From Microbotryum violaceum (lineage: Eukaryota): 64,000 nt of DNA. The position numbers were made by a program, and so were the translations under genes. Below, piece after piece: positions 26,836 to 39,680 of the stretch. Each line of letters opens with the position of its first letter. Position 1 is the stretch's first letter. The notes beneath the pieces were generated by a model, which was given only the letters and a program-made list of their open reading frames with translations, did no database searches and was not told the DNA's origin. The DNA is taken from assembly GCA_001244265.2 (NCBI GenBank), contig CDLV01000013.1:868001-932000 (forward strand), given 5' to 3'.

Positions 26836-29762
26836 ATGGGAAGCATCTACAACAGACGGATGCAATCGCACGTCGCGCCGGGCTTGCACGTGTTGGCGCA
26901 GGAGGAACTGCTCGTGGAGGATCTCAAGGTCGCGGCCGTGGGCGTGGAGAGACCGTTGGACGCGATCAATAGGGTACGTCGTCGCCGTACAGGCTTCTTT
27001 TCCCTTGCGTGCGCATGGCGTCAAGACCGCATGTTGAAGAAGAGGTGTCGGGATGACCTCTCTCTCTGTATGGCGTGCACGTGTGTCCATGCCCTCGTAC
27101 TAACGCGTGTCACTCATTTGACCCCTCGTCTCACTCCGATCGTTTTGGCTTTACCGTTTGCGGTTGTGCTTGGTCGCGCCATGTCCATCCCGCCGCGACA
27201 CACAACATCATTCCACCCGTCTACAGTATTCACGTATGGCCGACTTTGCGCCGCACATCTCCGATGGTCATCGCCAGTCGCGTTTGCCCGTCGACCTGAT
27301 CGACCCCTTTGGCTTCGACGCCGGCTCCGAGGGATCACCCTACGACACAGCACTGCAGTACTCGGTCAACGAACGCGTGCGCTCCTCGTTTCTGGGGCCT
27401 ACACCGCCGAACGGGTTCGCTCCGAGCCCCATTCCTTCGAGTTCGAGGAATTCATCGTGCTTCACCAGCTCCGGGTCGACCCTGGGCAATGGCTCGACGA
27501 CCGCACCGTCGTCGCCCGCGACGAGTCCCGTTCCATGGAAGACCCCTGAGGCGCCGTGGGGGTCCAAGCACCGCAGCTCGAGCTTTGGCGAACCGCAATC
27601 GCATCGTGCCTCGGTCAGGGCGAGCTTCATGGCGGGTGCAAATGGGACCAAGAAGCAAGGCAGTGCAAGCGCTCGTCCCTCTTTGTTGACGGCGGGGAGC
27701 AGTCAAGGCCGAAGCAAATTGTCGGGAGAAATTCATGCCGATGTGAGCGCTCTTTCCACGTCATTCGAAGCTCCGGACCAGGCTCACTCACTGATCTTGG
27801 CTTTCCCGTTCCCCGAATGCACAGAACATGTCACTCGCGGACACGACAACGAGCACTCTACCTCCAAATATCGACTACACGCACTCCAAGCTCTATCAAC
27901 GCACGCTTAAGGCGCAGAAGGCGCTCGAGAAGGACCGGGCCAAAGCCGCTGCAAAGGGAAAGATCAGCAAAGCCGACCTACAGGTACAGACCCAAGATCT
28001 CACCAGTCGCGCCGATCGGAGAAAGTCCAACACCGGCTCGTTCGTTTCCGACGTCGGTGGGTTCAGGAGCCGCAGCTCGTTGGGGTGGTTCAGATCGAGT
28101 TCCGAGGCAACATTGCCCCTGCCGCCGCCGCCAGCGAGCTTTGCAGCACCCCCGATACCGACCTCTCGATCTGTGACCCAACTCCCCTTGCCTTCACCGA
28201 CCTACTCTCTCCCACTTCCTCCTTCACCTGGACTCGACCCCAAGTACGCAACCCAGCCCCAGTTGGTGCCTCACCCTTCGCCCGAGCATCGTAGTCTGCG
28301 GACGCCGTCGCGACAGGGTCCGAACTCGGCCACTCCCTCGAGGATGTCGTCTCCTGCTCCTACGACCGATAACCCACGCAGCCGCGAGGTTTCGAGCAAC
28401 AGCATTGCGTCGCGGGGCAACTGTCCGAGCGCAGCCACCCCGATCCCAATCGCGGTTCAAATGCTGGCGGCCTCGGTACCACTGCCGGAGACACCGAAAA
28501 GTGAGACACCGCGGGCCTTTTCCCTGCCGCCCTCGGCGTCTGACCGAGATCTACCTCGAGCATCTTCATCGAACTCGATCGACCGCAAAGTCGAGACACC
28601 GGCACCCGTTCCTGCCGAACCGAGCTCTCCCGTCAAGCCGATCCCGAAGTCGGCTTCGCGCCACAGCCTCAGGACGGGGCATGCACGCATGCCGTCCTCG
28701 AGCTCTCGTCAAAGCGATCACGATATGGAGTCCATAGCTACGCCACCGCCGATCCGTCGCGATCCGTCGCCTCTTGCAGAGCGAGGCGAATTGACGAACC
28801 CGCCCCCTCGTGTCTCTTCTATCTACGCCGACACTGGTGTGGAACCCGTCCTGATGCCGCAGCAACGCGCCGTTGACCAACCGGCTACATCGTTGACGAC
28901 CGCTTCGACCGAGTCGCTGCCCGCTGCACCGTTGACTCCTCCTCTCGACGAACACATCAAGCCCATTGCTCAAGCGCAATTTGCAAAGAAACCGCCCGTC
29001 GACCTGCCCACGCCCATTCAAGACAAGACTCCTGCTCTGCTCGGTCCTGCGATGATCGATGCAATCAAGCGCCCGCGCAAATCATCATTCCGATTCTTTG
29101 GAGTGGGCAAGAAGGACGAGAACGAGCGTTTGGCGAATCCCACGATGAAGGACTCGACCAACTCGAATCGATCGACGCAGTCCGCGCCCGTGTTGTTGAG
29201 CAAGAGCCCGAGCAGGTCGATCCGGCAAACGTTCTTTGGTCGTTCGCAGCGCGCCGTACCAACCTTGCCTCCAAGCGTGCCTGCTTTACCGAAGCAGAGT
29301 TCTCGCACGCCCCCGTCCTCCAACGGCTCGAAACCGATGCCTGCTTCGCCCATAAGATCGAGTAACATCCGAAAGGGCGAACCTATGCCTGCACTCGCCT
29401 TCCATCAACAGCAACGAGAGTTGCCCTCGGCGCAAACGTCCACGACCACACTCTCGCAGTCATCGACCTCTGCATCGACCTCGACGCGGTTGTCGAAGAA
29501 GAAGTCAACGGTCGGCCAGGGTCAGGCTCCAGTATCACGACCGCCGAGTGGATTCTTCGCCTCGTTCGGTCGACAACGGTCCAAATCTTCTGCCGCGGCC
29601 GTGGGATCGGCACCAGGAATCTCGACCCGACCACCTCTCCCTGCTGGGCCACTTCCTCACGTCCCTTCACCGCTTCCGCCCGGGCCGACGAGGGGAAATG
29701 GAGGGCTGGGGCCACCTGTTCACACCGCCAAGGTCAATGGCAACATTCGCGAGTTTCCGTAA
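26836..29762 (+). CDS. Hypothetical, largely disordered Ser/Pro-rich protein, three exons
   Basis: Exon 26836-26973 splices in frame (GTACGT...CTACAG, 26974-27226) to MADFAP...; second intron about 27742-27823; then a 644-aa ORF. No domain recognised. Confidence 0.6.
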
Positions 29763-30291
29763 ATTTGGTCACACCGAGCCAGGTGTGAAACGCCTGTCAC
29801 TGGTTTCGCCAGTGTCCGAATCCGAAACCCCCGTCTTTCTCTCACGTCAACGAGGCAGACACTTGTACTGCCGCTTCGCTTTCTTCTTTGCACGTTGTGC
29901 GTGTGCATTTCGAGATATCATAGCTTTGATCTAAAGGCGTTTTTATGTCTGGCTTCCTCCCCCGCCGCCCGCCCTCTCTTTTTCACGTTTGTTTGTGGAA
30001 TCTGCGTTGATGATATCATCAGTCTTTGTCTTAAGAATCAACGCCAAGCTTTTCGAGCGCACGGGCAGTGAGGCCAAGTAAGAGGCTATTTCCATCCTTG
30101 TCACGAGAGGAAGGAACTTGTGGAGTTGTTGCATCTGTTGTTACAGCACGATCGACCCCCAGGCAGGTCGGTCACACGACAAGAGGGTCCGACAGAAAGC
30201 AGCCGGTGGCGAAGCGAGATGTACCGGTGTGAAATGTGCTCTCGCGTGAGAGGATGGCAGGAAAGTTTTGGTGCGTTTTATAGGCTCATCC

Positions 30292-31695
30292 CTACATCTT
30301 GGCGAACGTGACCTTGATCCTCAGCCCTGCCTCCTCATCACCGGGCATGACCTCCTCCCATGGTTTGGTATTATGCAACGCCTCCTTGGCCGGTGCGGAC
30401 TGCACCTCATCGACGAATTCGACGAAGGCGATATTGCTCCTTCCGGGGATCGTACGCACTTCGACCAAGCCAGGACAAGGCGCGAATACGGCTTCGAGGT
30501 GGGCTTTGGTCGTTTTGGAAGGGAGGTTTTGGATGAAGAGGATCCTGTTGGGGGGGAGGTACTCGTCCGGCATTTGGACTTGACGACGTGGGGCCGCTGT
30601 CGTCGTCGTTGTCGAGGTTGGTGCGCCATTTGCGGTCGTCGAGGTTGTTGTCGAGGCTCCGGCGTCGGGTAGAGAAGATGATGCGGCGGCTGCTGCTTCG
30701 GCGGCTGCGGTCGCGAAAGGGGAAGGAGGATTCGGTCGTCAGTTTCTAGGCGCCGGTGAGCTGGCGAGGGGACGCTGAGCCCTACCTTGCTTAGCGGCCA
30801 GCTTTTTTTGTAGTTCCTTCTTTCGCAGCGGGTTCTCTCTCCTCGACAGCTCTGCTCAGGGGTGATGGCACGGGTCAGTTCGGGGAGTGATCTTTGCGCG
30901 GCGGCACCTGACCGAAGCCGAACGAAGGTTGCGTACTCTTTCGTACTGTGCGTTCTGCGATGTGTTCTGACATGTGTTGGGGGTCCTTTTTCTTGACGAG
31001 TGCGTCCGATCTTGTCTTGGCAAAGGCGAGTTGCTGTAGTATTGTGCGCGTTGCGGTGAGGAGGGGGTGAGGGGTCGGGTTAGCAGCGGGGCGAGTTGCA
31101 GGGCTTGGCCTCGGGGTAGGGAGGCGTCCCGTCAGAGCTTAACGAATGGCGGAACGAAGGAAGGCAAACCACTGACCATGGGTTTGCCATACAGAGGGAA
31201 TCCCTTGACCTCCTTGACGGCGAGCTGAGCGGCTTTGGAGTCGTGCAGGGTCACAAAGGCCTGTCCTCGCATCCTGACGTTGCGGTGGAGTGTGACGCCG
31301 AGCACCTTGCCGTACTCTTTGAAGAGCGTCGTCAGCGATTGTTTCATCACTGTGTGGACTGAGGGATCAGCATGGCTTTGGTGGGGCGAGGTCGGGTGTG
31401 AGCGGTGAGGAGCGGTGAGGAGCGGTGAGAACTGACCGGCAAGCTTGACTTTTTCGTTGAGGTTGTTGATGTAGACGACTTCGAAGCGGGGTTCTTCCTC
31501 CTCTCGCTCTGGCTGTTGTGCTTGTTCGCCGTTCAGCGCGTCCGCTGTAGCTGTGGTGGGGTCGGTCGCAGCGGTCATCTCGACGTCGCCGGCAGCTGGA
31601 TTCGGTGCGGTCGGTGCGGTCGAGGTCGAGGCAGAGGCCGATGTCGATGGCTCAGTGGAGGCGACGGACGCGATCTCGACCGCTGGGGATTGCAT
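30292..31695 (-). CDS. U1A/U2B'' snRNP two-RRM protein
   Basis: VYINNLNEKVK, MRGQAFV, FPLYGKPM, QLAFAKTRSD; second RRM EYLPPNRILFIQNLP...EVRTIPGRSNIAFVEF. Confidence 0.92.
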
Positions 31696-32199
31696 CGTGT
31701 GGTGGCGAGAGACCGGAGTGCGACACTGGGCGTGAGTGCGAGTCGTGGGCAGAGCGAGGGCGAGGCGAGAGCGAGAGCGACTTGGGACGCGCGTGCGTCG
31801 TGCGTGCGCTAATCGGAATTCGGAATTGCACGAGGCTAATGCGCAGATAATAGCTGGGGAAAAGCGCGCAAGATGACTCGGACAAGGCTCCGCACTGAGC
31901 GCTAACTGAGCGGCTGAGCGGCTTGAGCGGCTGAGCTCTTACCGTCCTTCTGAAGAGCTTCACCAAGGCCGTCATCGGCTCCACCATCCTCTCGCCGGCT
32001 CCTTGGACTGTACAACGCTCACCGCCAGCGACGGCTCGCATCTGTTGGGTTTGCTTCACCTTGCATCTGTTGGACCCACTCTTGGCTCCGCCTCGGGCCT
32101 TGGTGCACTCTCGGCGAGCCAGCCGTGATCGGCACAGGGGACCGACCAGCTCCCTCCAAGCTCACTCGAGAGAGCGTTCCCTTCTGCGCGCCACCAGCC

Positions 32200-33972
32200 A
32201 TGCGGATACACTGTCTGGGCGGTCAGTTTGCCATTATTCGACCTCTTCCCCGGTCGACCTCACCCCGGACTGACCTAACGCGTGCTCTCCCCCCTCTCGT
32301 AGTCGGCTCGATCGGATCGTTGCTGGCAACCGCGTTCGCAGCCACGCCTTCGCCGCCGACCATTCGGCTGATCGTGCGCCGCAAGGACCTGCTCGCCAAT
32401 CTCGTCGCTCGACCCACACCCTCCGAGTCGACTTCACTTCGGCCCTCGTCCGCTTCCAACACCCCGCCCCGCGTCGCGCTCACGATCGAACGCGACGGCA
32501 TACCCCACCGCTACGCCGCGTTCGAGATCGAACACACGCTCACCCCGACCGATCAACTGCAAATCGATCCCCGTTCCGCCCACGTGGTCCCTTCCATCAG
32601 CTCATCCAAGTACGCTTCCACCGGTGGGGGTCTCTCGCGCAAGGACCCCATCTCCACCCTGATCGTCACCACCAAAGCATCCCAGGCGCTCAAGGCGATC
32701 AAGCACCTCCTGCCTCGGCTCTCGTCCTCGTCGACGATCGTGCTCTGCCACAACGGCATGGGCGTACTCGAGAACCTGCTCGAACGGTACTGGCCCGACG
32801 ACCAGCACGAGGACCCTTATTCCGACTATGGCCATCGCCGAGGTCGTCCCTCCTTCATCTGCGTCACCACCTCCCACGGCGTGTGGCGCAGATCGGCCGA
32901 CCATTTCGTCCATGCCGGATTGGGCAACCTTCAATTCGGCGTCGTACCCAATCGGTCGACGCTCTCTTCGATCCAATCCCACTGGCCCGACGAACCTTCC
33001 TCCAACCCTCTCCTCAATCCACGATCCCTCATCTCTCCCACGCTGCAACACCTCCCCACTTCATCCTCCCTCCACGCGACCCTCGATCTCTTACTGCGCA
33101 CCACCCACCTCAACCCTATCTGGCTCCCTCTACCCCAACTGCAAATAGCACAACTACAAAAATTGGCCATCAACTGCGCCGTCAACAGTTTGACCGCGAT
33201 CGTGGGGGTGCATAACGGCGCTTTGGTCGGCAGTCGAGCGGCGAAGGATATATGCAGAGAGGTCGCGAGGGAATGTTCGAGTGTGTTTGCGGCGCACGTG
33301 ATCGATCCCAAAAAGGACGGCGAAGCAGAGCAGCCCTCCGCCTTGTCCGATTTCGCATCGGCTTCGTACGACGACTCAACCCCGACCACGATTGAACCAG
33401 GACCGGCGCGAACGTTCGCGCACAATCATGCCCTATCCGAACAATCCCTCCTCCAAGCGATGATGAAGGTCATCTTCGCCACCTCCACCAACATTTCTTC
33501 GACCCTAGCCGACCTCGAAGCGATCGAACCGATCCAGGATCTAACTCGGATCGATCCCCGCCCTTTACCAACTGGGGAGAAAGCTCGCCCGGCACGCTTG
33601 CGGAGCAAGTTCGCTACAAAGACCGAGATGGACTACATCAATGGCTACGTCTCGGCTCTCGGAAGGAAATACCATATCCCGACGCCGTTGATTGACGGTT
33701 TGGCGACGATGGTCAAGCTCAAGGAAGAGATGATCGTTCACGGGGCCGTCGAGAGGTTGAGGACACAAGCCGAAGAAAAGAAGGCTCTGTTCTTGAAGGA
33801 GAAGACCAAGTTGGCCTCGAGTGCGGATCAGGGTATACCGAAGAAGACCAAAGGGAGGAGGAGGTTGGAGAAGGTGTTGGCGTTGCGGCAGAAGCACATG
33901 CAAGTCGAGCGCGAGCGAGAGCGGGACAAGATTCTCGATCGGCAAGGCGGTTCGCGTGGCGACGATAGATGA
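32200..33972 (+). CDS. Ketopantoate reductase (PanE/ApbA) family protein
   Basis: MRIHCLG-VGSIGSLLA Rossmann motif across an intron; IVTTKA, LCHNGMG, KLAINCAVNSLTAI, ISSTLAD, TEMDYINGYV. Confidence 0.85.
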   Translation: MRIHCLGGQFAIIRPLPRSTSPRTDLTRALPPLVVGSIGSLLATAFAATPSPPTIRLIVRRKDLLANLVARPTPSESTSLRPSSASNTPPRVALTIERDGIPHRYAAFEIEHTLTPTDQLQIDPRSAHVVPSISSSKYASTGGGLSRKDPISTLIVTTKASQALKAIKHLLPRLSSSSTIVLCHNGMGVLENLLERYWPDDQHEDPYSDYGHRRGRPSFICVTTSHGVWRRSADHFVHAGLGNLQFGVVPNRSTLSSIQSHWPDEPSSNPLLNPRSLISPTLQHLPTSSSLHATLDLLLRTTHLNPIWLPLPQLQIAQLQKLAINCAVNSLTAIVGVHNGALVGSRAAKDICREVARECSSVFAAHVIDPKKDGEAEQPSALSDFASASYDDSTPTTIEPGPARTFAHNHALSEQSLLQAMMKVIFATSTNISSTLADLEAIEPIQDLTRIDPRPLPTGEKARPARLRSKFATKTEMDYINGYVSALGRKYHIPTPLIDGLATMVKLKEEMIVHGAVERLRTQAEEKKALFLKEKTKLASSADQGIPKKTKGRRRLEKVLALRQKHMQVERERERDKILDRQGGSRGDDR

Positions 33973-34205
33973 TGCATGTTGTTTGGAGACCTCTTTTTGT
34001 AACAGCGCATGGAATGTCACAAGAAGTCACCACTTTGCAAGAAATTCACTTTTTGATGCGTAGGAAGAGGATCATAGGATTACAGGCAAAGACGATAGCG
34101 GGTCAACGAGAGGCGAGGAAGGCCGCACGAGCAGAATCGGACCAAACCAAGAGACGATCAAAGTAAACGCGCAAGACAAGTCGAGAGAACAAACGTTATA
34201 CTTCC

Positions 34206-36044
34206 TCACTGAGCCTCCTGGATTCCTTCCCCATCCTCCCTCTTCTTCAACACCAAATCACTCCCGATCGCGCGCCTCCACACATCCTTGACGTCATCGC
34301 ACACAGTCTCAAAGTGCGAAGTCGAATCGTATGAACGCGTGATAAAGACGCCATCGTACGATCCCGAGCTGGCGGGGCTAAAGATGGGGGCCACCTCGAT
34401 GAACTTGTCATAGATCGGGCCGAGCAATTGCAAGCCCGGTTCGAGCTCGGCTTCGGGGTCCGACGTTTCGACGATCGTCGAGACGATGGCGATGTAGATA
34501 TCCTGGGGGCAGACCATGTGATTGTGCGAGACTTCGGCGATGTAGATGTCTGTGTCACACAACAGGAGTCGGATCATCAGTTTGCACTTTCCTGTCTAGG
34601 ATGATAGCTATTAATTGGCACTGACCGTGTTCCCTGTTGACCTGCTTCTGCGGGATGATCAACTGGACCGAGTCCGAGTTGTCCGTGTTGGGGATCGGGT
34701 GCTTGAGGATGCAGATCGCTCGCACGACGCGACCCTCGAGGTAGATCTTGTCCTCTCCCTTTCCTCTGCCGCTCGGGTCGGAAAAGTACGAGGGGTCCCC
34801 AATGACCTTCTTGGCCTTGACAGTCTCGCCGCCCGAGGTGACGCCGACGAACTTGCCCTTGTCGTCGTAGACGACCTCGTCAATCTTCTTGTCGAGCATG
34901 TACGTACCACCGTAGATGGCCGATAGACGGGCAAAGCCTTGCGGCAGTTCACCGAGACCATACTGCGGGTGAAGGTAAGGGGAGCTACCGTAGCGGGCCA
35001 TGGAGGTGGTGTAGAGCAGGATGCGCTCGTACGTCTCGCGCGCGGGTCGGTCGACGTACGTGTCGTCGAGGTGGAGCGACATGGCGTGGCCGATAAAGTC
35101 CTGGGTGCCGACCTCGAGGCCAAACTTGGAGTAGACCTCGGACATGGGCGTCTGGTCGAGGTTGACGCCCTGGTGGGTCGCCGGGTCGTTCTCGCGGTAG
35201 TTTTGGACCCACTCGAAGAACTTTTTGGCGCGTCGCTTCTCGAAGAGACCCATCAGGGGCGAGCGCACGGCCTCCATCTCGGTCGAGGGCACCTTGGAGA
35301 TACGCCCGTCGCGGAAGACGTACGATCCGGCGATCTGCTTGAACTCGAGGTAACGGGTGACGTCGGTGTGGACGAGCATCTTGACCATCTCGCCGTTGGC
35401 CATCATGCTGTTGAACGGGAGATCAGCACGGTGCGTTGGCTGCAATGAGGGTGGTGCGGATGCCTCGTACGCACAATTTGGGGATGAGATCGACGGCATA
35501 GTCACGGTCGCGACCGAGATCGGATGGTGGGTCGGCGTTGCGGAATCGCTTGTACAACTGTGGGCATAACTCTGACGTGTGAATATGCGCGATCTAGTTG
35601 GTACTTGGGAGTGTGACGAGGACACTGACCTGGGTCAAGTTGAGCGAGGCTGACTCTCCACCGTAGTAGTCGTTCCTGTGGGGGAGACGGGGGAGCACGT
35701 CAGCCGCTGGCTCGTAGGTGGTGGTGGCGCGTGGCCAGATCGGTCGGGTGCGCCTGGGCCGAGAAGGACACGCGCGCCTGCTCCGGAGCGGCCGGAGCGA
35801 CGGTTCCCGCAACAAGACGACCGGAAAGATCGGTTCGGGCCAGGCTACGAGCAGTGACCAAGACTGACCTGTCCATGTGGAGTACCTTGTGGCCCTCGAC
35901 CGAAAGCAGGCCGGAGAGGACGCATTCGGTCAAGCCGGTGCCGAGGATGATCTGAGAACGGGTTCGATGAGAGCAAGGTCGGCCACTGAACGGACGAACG
36001 AACTGAAAGCGGGGGACACTTACAAAGTCGTATTCTTCATCCAT
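34206..36044 (-). CDS. GDI1: Rab GDP dissociation inhibitor
   Basis: MDEEYD-IILGTGLTECVLSGLLS, NDYYGGESASLNL, DLIPKF-MMANG, YGLGELPQGFARLSAIYGGTYML, SYDSTSHFET. Confidence 0.97.
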
Positions 36045-36487
36045 ATTGGACCGCTTGGTTTGATTGAACTAGGGGGGGGGGGGTGGTGATCTAGACGCGA
36101 GGGGAGGAAGAAGGCGACGAGCACTCGACGATGACGATGATGATGACGATCAAGGCCATTCGACGAACACGATGAAACGGTCGGGATCGGAGGACATTGG
36201 GAATGGATGTGAGCGCTCATAGTCCCAGCTTTGATCGGTGTTCAGTGGCTGCTACCGAACTCACCAGAACGAGGGGCACAAAGACGGGGTTCGTGCGACG
36301 TGAGAAGCAGAAGACAAGTGGCAAGCGGCCGGCCGGCCGAGGCTAATTCCGATTAGACTCATTATCGGCCCCACAATTACATTTCGATTGCTACGCCCAC
36401 TCCTGTGCAGTCCCCCGTGCGCGTACGCCCCTTTCTCTCCCGTTCGCTCTCCCCAGCAACTCAGCCCGCGCCGCCCTCGTCGCCAAG

Positions 36488-37123
36488 CTGTCGTCTTCAT
36501 CGGCCTACACCAAGACCCCGGGCTCGTTGAAGCTCAAAGGGGGTCTACCCACACCCGATGCGTCAGTCCTCCGTCTCCTCCGCCGCCCTTACCACCGCGG
36601 AACTCTACCTCTCCCCACATGCACCTCCAATCCCCCCCCCTTTCCTCCTCCCACCCCTCATTGACCCTCCTCCCATCCCACTCCAACGCCCACAGTAAAC
36701 AGAAGAAGAAAAAGACAAAGTCGTCGACCTCGTTGAGCCTAAAGGATTCGGACACCCACCCCGAGTCATCGTCCGCCTCGACCTCGTCCTCGCCCCACCA
36801 CCCCGGATCCACCAAGACCGAAGCTCAGAAGCGGTTCGAGCAGGTGCAGAAGAAGAGGGTCGGTCATTCACGATGGCTCAGCTCAGACTGGGCCAGAAGA
36901 AACTGATCCAACCCTCGCTGCTGTGTCTCCCAGCTGTTGGAGAAAGCGGCCAAGGCGGCGACCAAGACCCACAAGGAACGCGTCGCCGAGTTCAACGAGA
37001 AGCTCGAAAACATGAGCGAGCACTACGACATCCCTCGAGGCGAGTCATACTTCACGAGCACGCCTGTGATCGCTCCAATTCTGATGCCCGTTCCGTCCTC
37101 TCTCCACAGTCGGACCTGGTTAA
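36488..37123 (+). CDS. FAM32A/DUF1754 family protein; predicted CUG start, four exons
   Basis: Exons 36488-36561, 36696-36858, 36934-37039 and 37110-37123 give GSLKLKGG...KTEAQKRFEQVQKKR...[29 protein letters not shown]. Confidence 0.85.
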
Positions 37124-37249
37124 AGAAGAGTTCAAGTCTTGTAGAGAACGTTCGGGGGTTCGATTCAGGCGATGTAATAAAAAGATAGTGAACCTCGCAT
37201 CGTGGAAAGAAGAGCTGACATGATCAATTATCAAGCTATCGATCGGTCT

Positions 37250-39411
37250 CTACTGCTCGTCCTCATCCTCCTCCCCCACGCCGACCTGCCCCTGCTCGAT
37301 AAATTTGACCCCTTCCTTCCTCCCTTGCTCACCCACGACGGTCCAAAATACCCTCTCGGCTTCCACTACCGCCTCATCCAACGCAGTGGCTAACCGATCC
37401 GTCTTACCCGAGCTGGCAAGAGGTGGGACGACCAAGAAATTTCGAGGGACGGAGGATGTCGGTTCAGGTGGTTTGGAGGAGGCGTAAAAGACGCTGTACC
37501 GCGGGGAGATGTCCAAAGAACTCAACGCGAGCAATGCGTCGAGGTAAGGGGAGAGAAGAGCAGCCGTGTCACGATTAGTAGCTGTGAGGACCGGTGCATC
37601 GAGATAAAGCACGACTGGCGGACATGAGGCAGACGCCGAGAACGATCAGCAAACCTACGTCTCGTCGTCACCGGACTTTCATCCCAGACTCACAGGATCC
37701 AGAAGGACACGCGAACGTCCCCGGTCCGACTTGCAAGGCCGTGACCGTGCCCAACTCGTCGCTCAACTCCTTGGGCGAAAACACGAACACGCTCGAATCA
37801 GGGACGTCATCCGCATCCTGTGTTTCCTCTCCTTCGGCCCCTGGGTTCCGTTTCGGATTCGGAAAAGGGATCGCGTCAGGGAGGATGACGATGGCGTGGA
37901 CGGAATAGATATCGGAAGATCCTCCTTCACCAGGGGTCGTCCGTTTCTCCTCAGGGAACAAAATGGGAACATGGGACTGGGCCGCGACGATCCAATCGGC
38001 CGTAAAGACGTCCGCAGGTTGATCCTTCTCGATCCGAACGGGGACGCCCAAAGCACTATGCGGTATAGTGTCGTCGGCGAACGTTGAAGGTGCGGCAGGC
38101 GCGGGAGGTTGGGAAGCGTGAACGAAGAAGGGAGACTGGGCCGTAGGAACGACGATCCCTGGCTTCGCATCGAGGATCAGGGGTCCGATGGGTCGTCCAA
38201 GGATTTGTCCGCCACCCCAGACAGCACAGATCCTGTCAGAGTCTCGTAGAGAAAGCCACAATCAGCCTCCGGGGGACCCACGAAACCTTTGACCTGAAAA
38301 AATTGTCTCGGACTCACCGTGAGAAACCACCGACGAGATCGCCCGCGCCACCGTAGTGGCCGACGAGGAAGGGGGACGGACCATACCGCCCCGACGAGTG
38401 TATGAGTGTTCGTAGTCGCTCAAGTGCCGGTAGCGCAAGGTCTGAAAGACAACCATGGACCACAAGGCCGGGTCAGCGCAAGGTCGACCTCCAATGAGGG
38501 TCACGTGACTCACCTCGATCCGAAGTGCATAGAGCGAGCGAATACGCCAGCGAGCTCGACACTTCCGACGAGAGCGAAAACGTCTTTTGCAAACAATCTT
38601 GAAGAGTCAAATCGGGGTCTACATGTATATGAGGATAGAATCTCATAAGCCTGTAGTCTCCTCATGCCGGTGCCCGAGACAGGTCGGTTCGGATTGAACT
38701 GACCGCTCAATCTTGGATCGTCGGCGAGTGACTCTTGAGCCGCAGCGAGCAGCAAGAATTTAGTCAAGCGACGTTTCTCGATCAAGGAAAGAGTCTCATG
38801 GTTGAAGACGTCGGCTTTGCTCGATGGCACGGGATCAACCTTGCCTTTCCCTTTGCCCTTGCCGTGAGGTTCCGCAATCTCATTGGTTGCTTCGTCATCG
38901 CCATCGTCGTGCTCGGACCAACGCCACAGCCCTACACCGCTGACTTTGCCAAACGAGAGGTACGAAGCGACCTTACTCCTCACAAGAACGTCGATCGCCG
39001 GACCGGTCGCTCGCAACAAGGTCGGGAACAGAGACAGGGCGAAGCGTTGGCCGGTGGGGAGTAGGTCCGTGGGGGGTGCGCTCGGACTCGTCGACGCACC
39101 AGGCGCTGTAGAGGCCCATTCGCTCACTTCTTGTAGCGACAACGAGGCCCATTGATCGCCGTAGTTGCTGGATTGGTCGAGTTGCAAGACCGAATACCCG
39201 GATTTTGACAAGGCGCTGCTCGGTCAAAGGAAGGCAAGAGCCAACCAAGTCAGTCGTCGATGGAAGCTGGAACCGCACTCAGCGGAGAGCCAACAGGATC
39301 AAGCGTGTAGCTCGGGAGTAGACAGTGCGAAACTCACGCTGCGACGACTGATTCGGTCAATCCTGTGCCGACTATGATCGCGTTGAAGTGCGTCGGCGTA
39401 CCGGGCTCCAT
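37250..39411 (-). CDS. MRS6: Rab escort protein (REP/Mrs6; GGTase II component A)
   Basis: FNAIIVGTGLTESVVAA-ALSKSGYSVLQLD..NYG..WASL, VPSSKADVF..LSLIEKRRLTKFL, YGGAGEI/GFCR-like exon and VGPGTFACPSG; divergent GDI-superfamily architecture. Confidence 0.85.
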
Positions 39412-39680
39412 GGCTTGACCGAAGCCGCGAGTAGGTGGGGGGAGACCGAGGCGGGGAGAGGCGCGGCGAGGCAGGGAGTCTGAAGCGGGCGACGAAAAGC
39501 AATAACAGGTGGGATTTGGGTTCCCTTCTAGTGTTAGAACATGCACATTCTGGACCAAAACTAGCAAAAACAAGCCAAAAAAAACAAAAAAAAAGAAAAA
39601 AAGAAAAAAACCCCTCTAGTCACTGCCGAGACCCCCTGCCCATCACCTTCCGACCCAAACAAGGTTTCCCGCTTTCGAGC

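Noticed and set aside
39557-39610. A-rich run as a retroelement poly(A) tail
   Set aside because: No adjacent element body or TSD; it fits a U-rich 3' UTR of the minus-strand factor or a promoter tract for REP.
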